From: Nemertoderma westbladi
Taxonomy: Eukaryota > Animalia > Xenacoelomorpha
Direction of reading: 5' to 3'
Assembly (NCBI GenBank): GCA_032718475.1
Contig: JAUCBJ010003330.1
Location: 31,259-95,258 of the forward strand
DNA: 64,000 nt
The notes below the pieces were generated by a model. It ran no database searches and was not told where the DNA came from. It saw nothing but the letters and a program-made list of their open reading frames with translations. The translations under genes and the position numbers were made by a program. Positions within the stretch are counted from its first letter, which is position 1, and every line of letters begins with the position of its first letter. Shown here one piece after another: positions 60,489-64,000 of this stretch.

Positions 60489-62007
60489 GGAAATAATTAT
60501 ATTCGTCAAGTTCTTATTTGATTAATTCGTTGAGAACAAACAAGGTTCAATTTAACTCTAAAAAATTCATTAACTATAAAGCTTCTGCAAGAATCCAGCT
60601 TGCATTTTTGCTTGCTACTTTTTATGTAGGCCTACTTTGTTGAGTTGTGGAGCTTTGGTAGGCGTCAATTACAAAATTGCCCGGTTTCCTCAGGTATACA
60701 GACTCGGTCCAGGACGTTTCGGCCCGGAATATTCAGCCTGGACGAAAAGGATGAAAGGCCAAACTGTTTTTTAGTTTATAGACATTTTGGGGGGAAAGTA
60801 CAGTAAAATAGTGCGAGAATATTTTTTGGGAAAATAAATAACGGTACTTTTAGTACTTTTTCGATATTTATTGCAATTCGTTTGGTGCATTTGCTTCTGA
60901 GATACGTACACAGTTAATATATAAAAAGCCAGCAAGCTGGCTATAAGAAGTCCATAGACAAACATAGTGTAGTTGGGTCCCTCTCCATTCATTATTATTA
61001 TCCTACAGTACAGTACTACAGTTGAAAGCTGACATTATTACTAAAATTCATTCACCTGGAATTAGTAATAAATTCACATTCGCCCATACCTTTACTGAGA
61101 AGGCTATCAGCTGTATAAAATATTTAACACACATTGGCAACCTCATTGATTTATACTCAGCCTGTGTAGAAATCCATCACATAAGCCACTTTTCATCATG
61201 AACACCAGTTGTTATTGGTGTTATTTTACCATTAAGTCTATGGCACTTTTTGTTTATTTAAATTTTTGCAAAAACTAATGACTGTATTTTTATGAAAATT
61301 GCTTTATACACCCATTAAGACCATACACTACACTCAGACAGACAAACAGACACGATTTTCTTACAGTAAGGATATCTGAAGATTTACAAATAAAACATTT
61401 GAACGACCCAGTGCTTAGAATTCAATCAGCTGGCCTTTATTACCTTATTTATTAATTTATTAATTACCTTTATGGCCTTATTACTGAACTCTCATTGGTA
61501 ACTACCGAAACCGGTATTCTTGCGTCTTATTGGCTGTTCTATTCCATAAGCCATTATTTTGTGCCTTTATATAGCCGGTGCCCATCCTACTACTGTAGGC
61601 GAAACCTTCATATTAGCTACTTGCGAGTTATTGTAACTATCGGACTCGCAGTGTTTCACCTTGCTGCATGCATTTTAACATCTTGCTGTGTGCATAGTTA
61701 TTTACTATTGTTGCTCTACTATTGTTGATGAATATACAAGACCAGAGATCAAACCAACTCGATTTCCACACGGTTAGTGCTGACTGCGCCCTGTCTGTAA
61801 CAGATTCGGTTCATTTTAGTGCGAGTGTGTGCGTCCATAGTACTGCAATATTATTCCCCAACTGGTAAATATCATCTACTAACACTATGTATGCAGTACG
61901 AGTGAACTGGGTGCTTACCACGCACCGAGTCGACATAGTGTCCTACCTGTAATATATGTAAGTCACGCGTACATTTACTTGCCAACAACACAACATAAGG
62001 GAATGGT

Positions 62008-63019
62008 TTACACGTAACTATCACCCCCCTTGAAGCAGTTTGTAAGCGCCGAAGCCTTATACTTACAGTAATTGATTCTACATTCAGTTAGATATATATA
62101 TATTATATGCTCCCAAACTTTCGTGAGTGTTCCTGCTGTGCGGCAGGTACCCCAAGGGCTCCAACAAGAATCCAGCGGACGGATCTGGAGTCTTCTCTCC
62201 TCCACTCCGAGATCTCTGAAGGCACGACATCTGCGCAACTTGTGTCCGCTATACCGTCCGCCGTTCTTTTCACAAAACTGGCATCCGTTTAAGTCTGCAG
62301 ACAATTTCTGTCGCAGCTGCTTGGCTCCAATGGGCGTCAAAACCTTGGAGGTATCCGTCCGGGTCGCATAGGTCACGGCCTTTGCGTTTGTCGGGAGTTG
62401 TTTGGTCCGAGTCAGCGCCGCGATCGTGATCCCTTCTGCCGCTATATGATGGTCCGTGTAGTTTGACCATGTCTCCGCTACCACCTCTCGTGAGATCAGC
62501 TGGTAGACGTCTGTTAGCTGCAGTAATCCACCAGCCTCTTTGCGCTGATACTCCACCTTACGCCATTCTCGACGCAGTTGATGATGTAGCCGGCCGATAA
62601 TCCTAATCAGAACAGTCGGCGCGTTGGCGTATTCTAGTTGACCGATAGACCGCCAAGTTCCTTCGTCGGCTAATCGCAGAAGATCTATAGGCTTCGAGAT
62701 GGATCCGCCTCTACAGAGGTATTTTCTAATGGATTTAGCCATCACTGCATTACCACCGGGAAAATACGCGGTCGTACGCTAGCTCGAAAACGTCCGCAAC
62801 TCCAATGAAGGTTTCCGCTAACCTTTTCGGCTCACCTGAGAGTAGTTGAAGTAGGTAGTTGAATTTTTCCGTAGAGTTGAAGGCACACATGGCGATTTGA
62901 GACTCGACATAGTCCACCAACGTACGCCAATGTTTCGCGTTGCCTGAGAACTTCGGTGGTTGTTGTGCCAGTAATCCATGTCTGGCCGAGAATTTAGCGA
63001 TCTCGTTGACTAAATCCAA
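62008..63019 (-). pseudogene. gag: BEL/Pao gag remnant (fourth element)
   Basis: PPKFSGNAKHW...STEKFNYLLQLLSGEPK (DUF1759-like), LRREW and CQFC...HKLRRCRAF knuckle. Truncated on both sides. Confidence 0.8.
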
Positions 63020-63113
63020 CTGTCCAGACGATGTTTAGTGGCACAAAAATAATTTTCATCCTATTTTAGGATCCAGAGACACAGAAATGTGAGGTTCAAT
63101 TTGGGGGAACTAT

Positions 63114-63144
<31 letters not shown>

Positions 63145-63614
63145 CTTAATATTATGTAATTTGGCATAATTTTAATCTCTTGGTCAATAAATAAGGCCTT
63201 TTAATTTAACTGTTTTTAATGTGTTAATTCTATAGTAATAATTAAATACCAGCTTGACTGGTGCTGTGCGAATCTACGCGAGACTACACTTATCGGTTGT
63301 GGGGCGAGCCACGAAAGTAAGCGATCGTAGCATATAAGGGTACCACTAACTCAATCGGTGTGTCTGTTGTTCTGTTGCTCTGTTGATCTGTTGTGTCCTA
63401 CTTTAAACGTTAATAACTCAGCCAAATGTTAATTAAATTTAACTAAACTTGGTACACATGCGTAGTCTGGCAAAAGTTTAGAAATTTTCCATGTGGAATT
63501 TCCGTGTGCCTTCGAGAAGCTAAGCCTAAGATAATAGCAGTTAATTAGTTAATTAAGTTGATTAGGGTAAAAACAGCATTTTCAACATGCCTCTTAAAGG
63601 ATATTAATTATTTT

Positions 63615-63992
63615 CTAGTATACGATTTAAATAATTATACTTAAAAATTATACAACTGTATTCCCCATACCCCATTCCGTTATTGTTTTTATTGAGTTCA
63701 AGAGATGATTTGCTTTAAGAAATGTGTTTTTAATTGATCTAAACGTAATAACTTATTAAAATTCCCTGTCTCCAGCTGTACTTCCATAGCTCCCTCATTC
63801 CTTTGGCATATGCATGCTAGCATAGCTGGGAATTGATAACTCGAAGAAAATTATAATGAATTTATTGAATACACCTTAAGGTTCTCATTTTATATTCAAA
63901 GTTGCCTCCATCAAGAAATAATATGGCAATTTAATCAAATGGTATGAATAGCTATTTGTGGTTGCTTTAGACATCGATCTTCAAAGGGAGTA
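63615..63992. repeat. Composite copy of 58058-58277 joined to 58553-58711
   Basis: CTAGTATA.GATTTAAATAATTATAC...GCTGGGAATTG joined directly to ATAACTCGAAGAAAATT...CAAAGGGAGTA. Confidence 0.9.
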
Positions 63993-64000
63993 TGTAAAAT

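Noticed and set aside
63114-63145. Long C homopolymer (G-quadruplex candidate)
   Set aside because: Simple repeat with no supporting context; length is unreliable in assemblies.

Overview
AT-rich eukaryotic (probably invertebrate) DNA that is almost entirely nested retrotransposons, with one host gene: an intronless class-A peptide GPCR at 54605-55903. It holds three large BEL/Pao LTR retrotransposons (BEL-1 3202-18844 +, BEL-2 ~22400-33889 +, BEL-3 ~33926-53537 -), a fourth BEL gag remnant, a deleted Ty3/Gypsy element, CRE-, RTE- and RTE-X-like LINE fragments, a piggyBac-type non-autonomous element, two MITEs and local duplications. The main observation is that all three BEL elements carry extra coding capacity between integrase and the 3' LTR, where env would sit. 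In BEL-2 and BEL-3 this is a long ORF with a WRN/EXD/Mut-7-like DEDDy 3'-5' exonuclease domain followed by three CCHC-type zinc knuckles and a shared downstream motif. BEL-1 keeps a homologous knuckle pair. The cassette has candidate splice acceptors upstream and follows a PPT-like tract at the end of pol. BEL-3 also carries six co-oriented copies of a 20-nt YNCG-tetraloop hairpin, kept in different reading frames, and a tRNA-like A/B-box segment in its LTR. All family calls come from motifs recognised by eye; no database searches were run, and all copies here are mutationally damaged.
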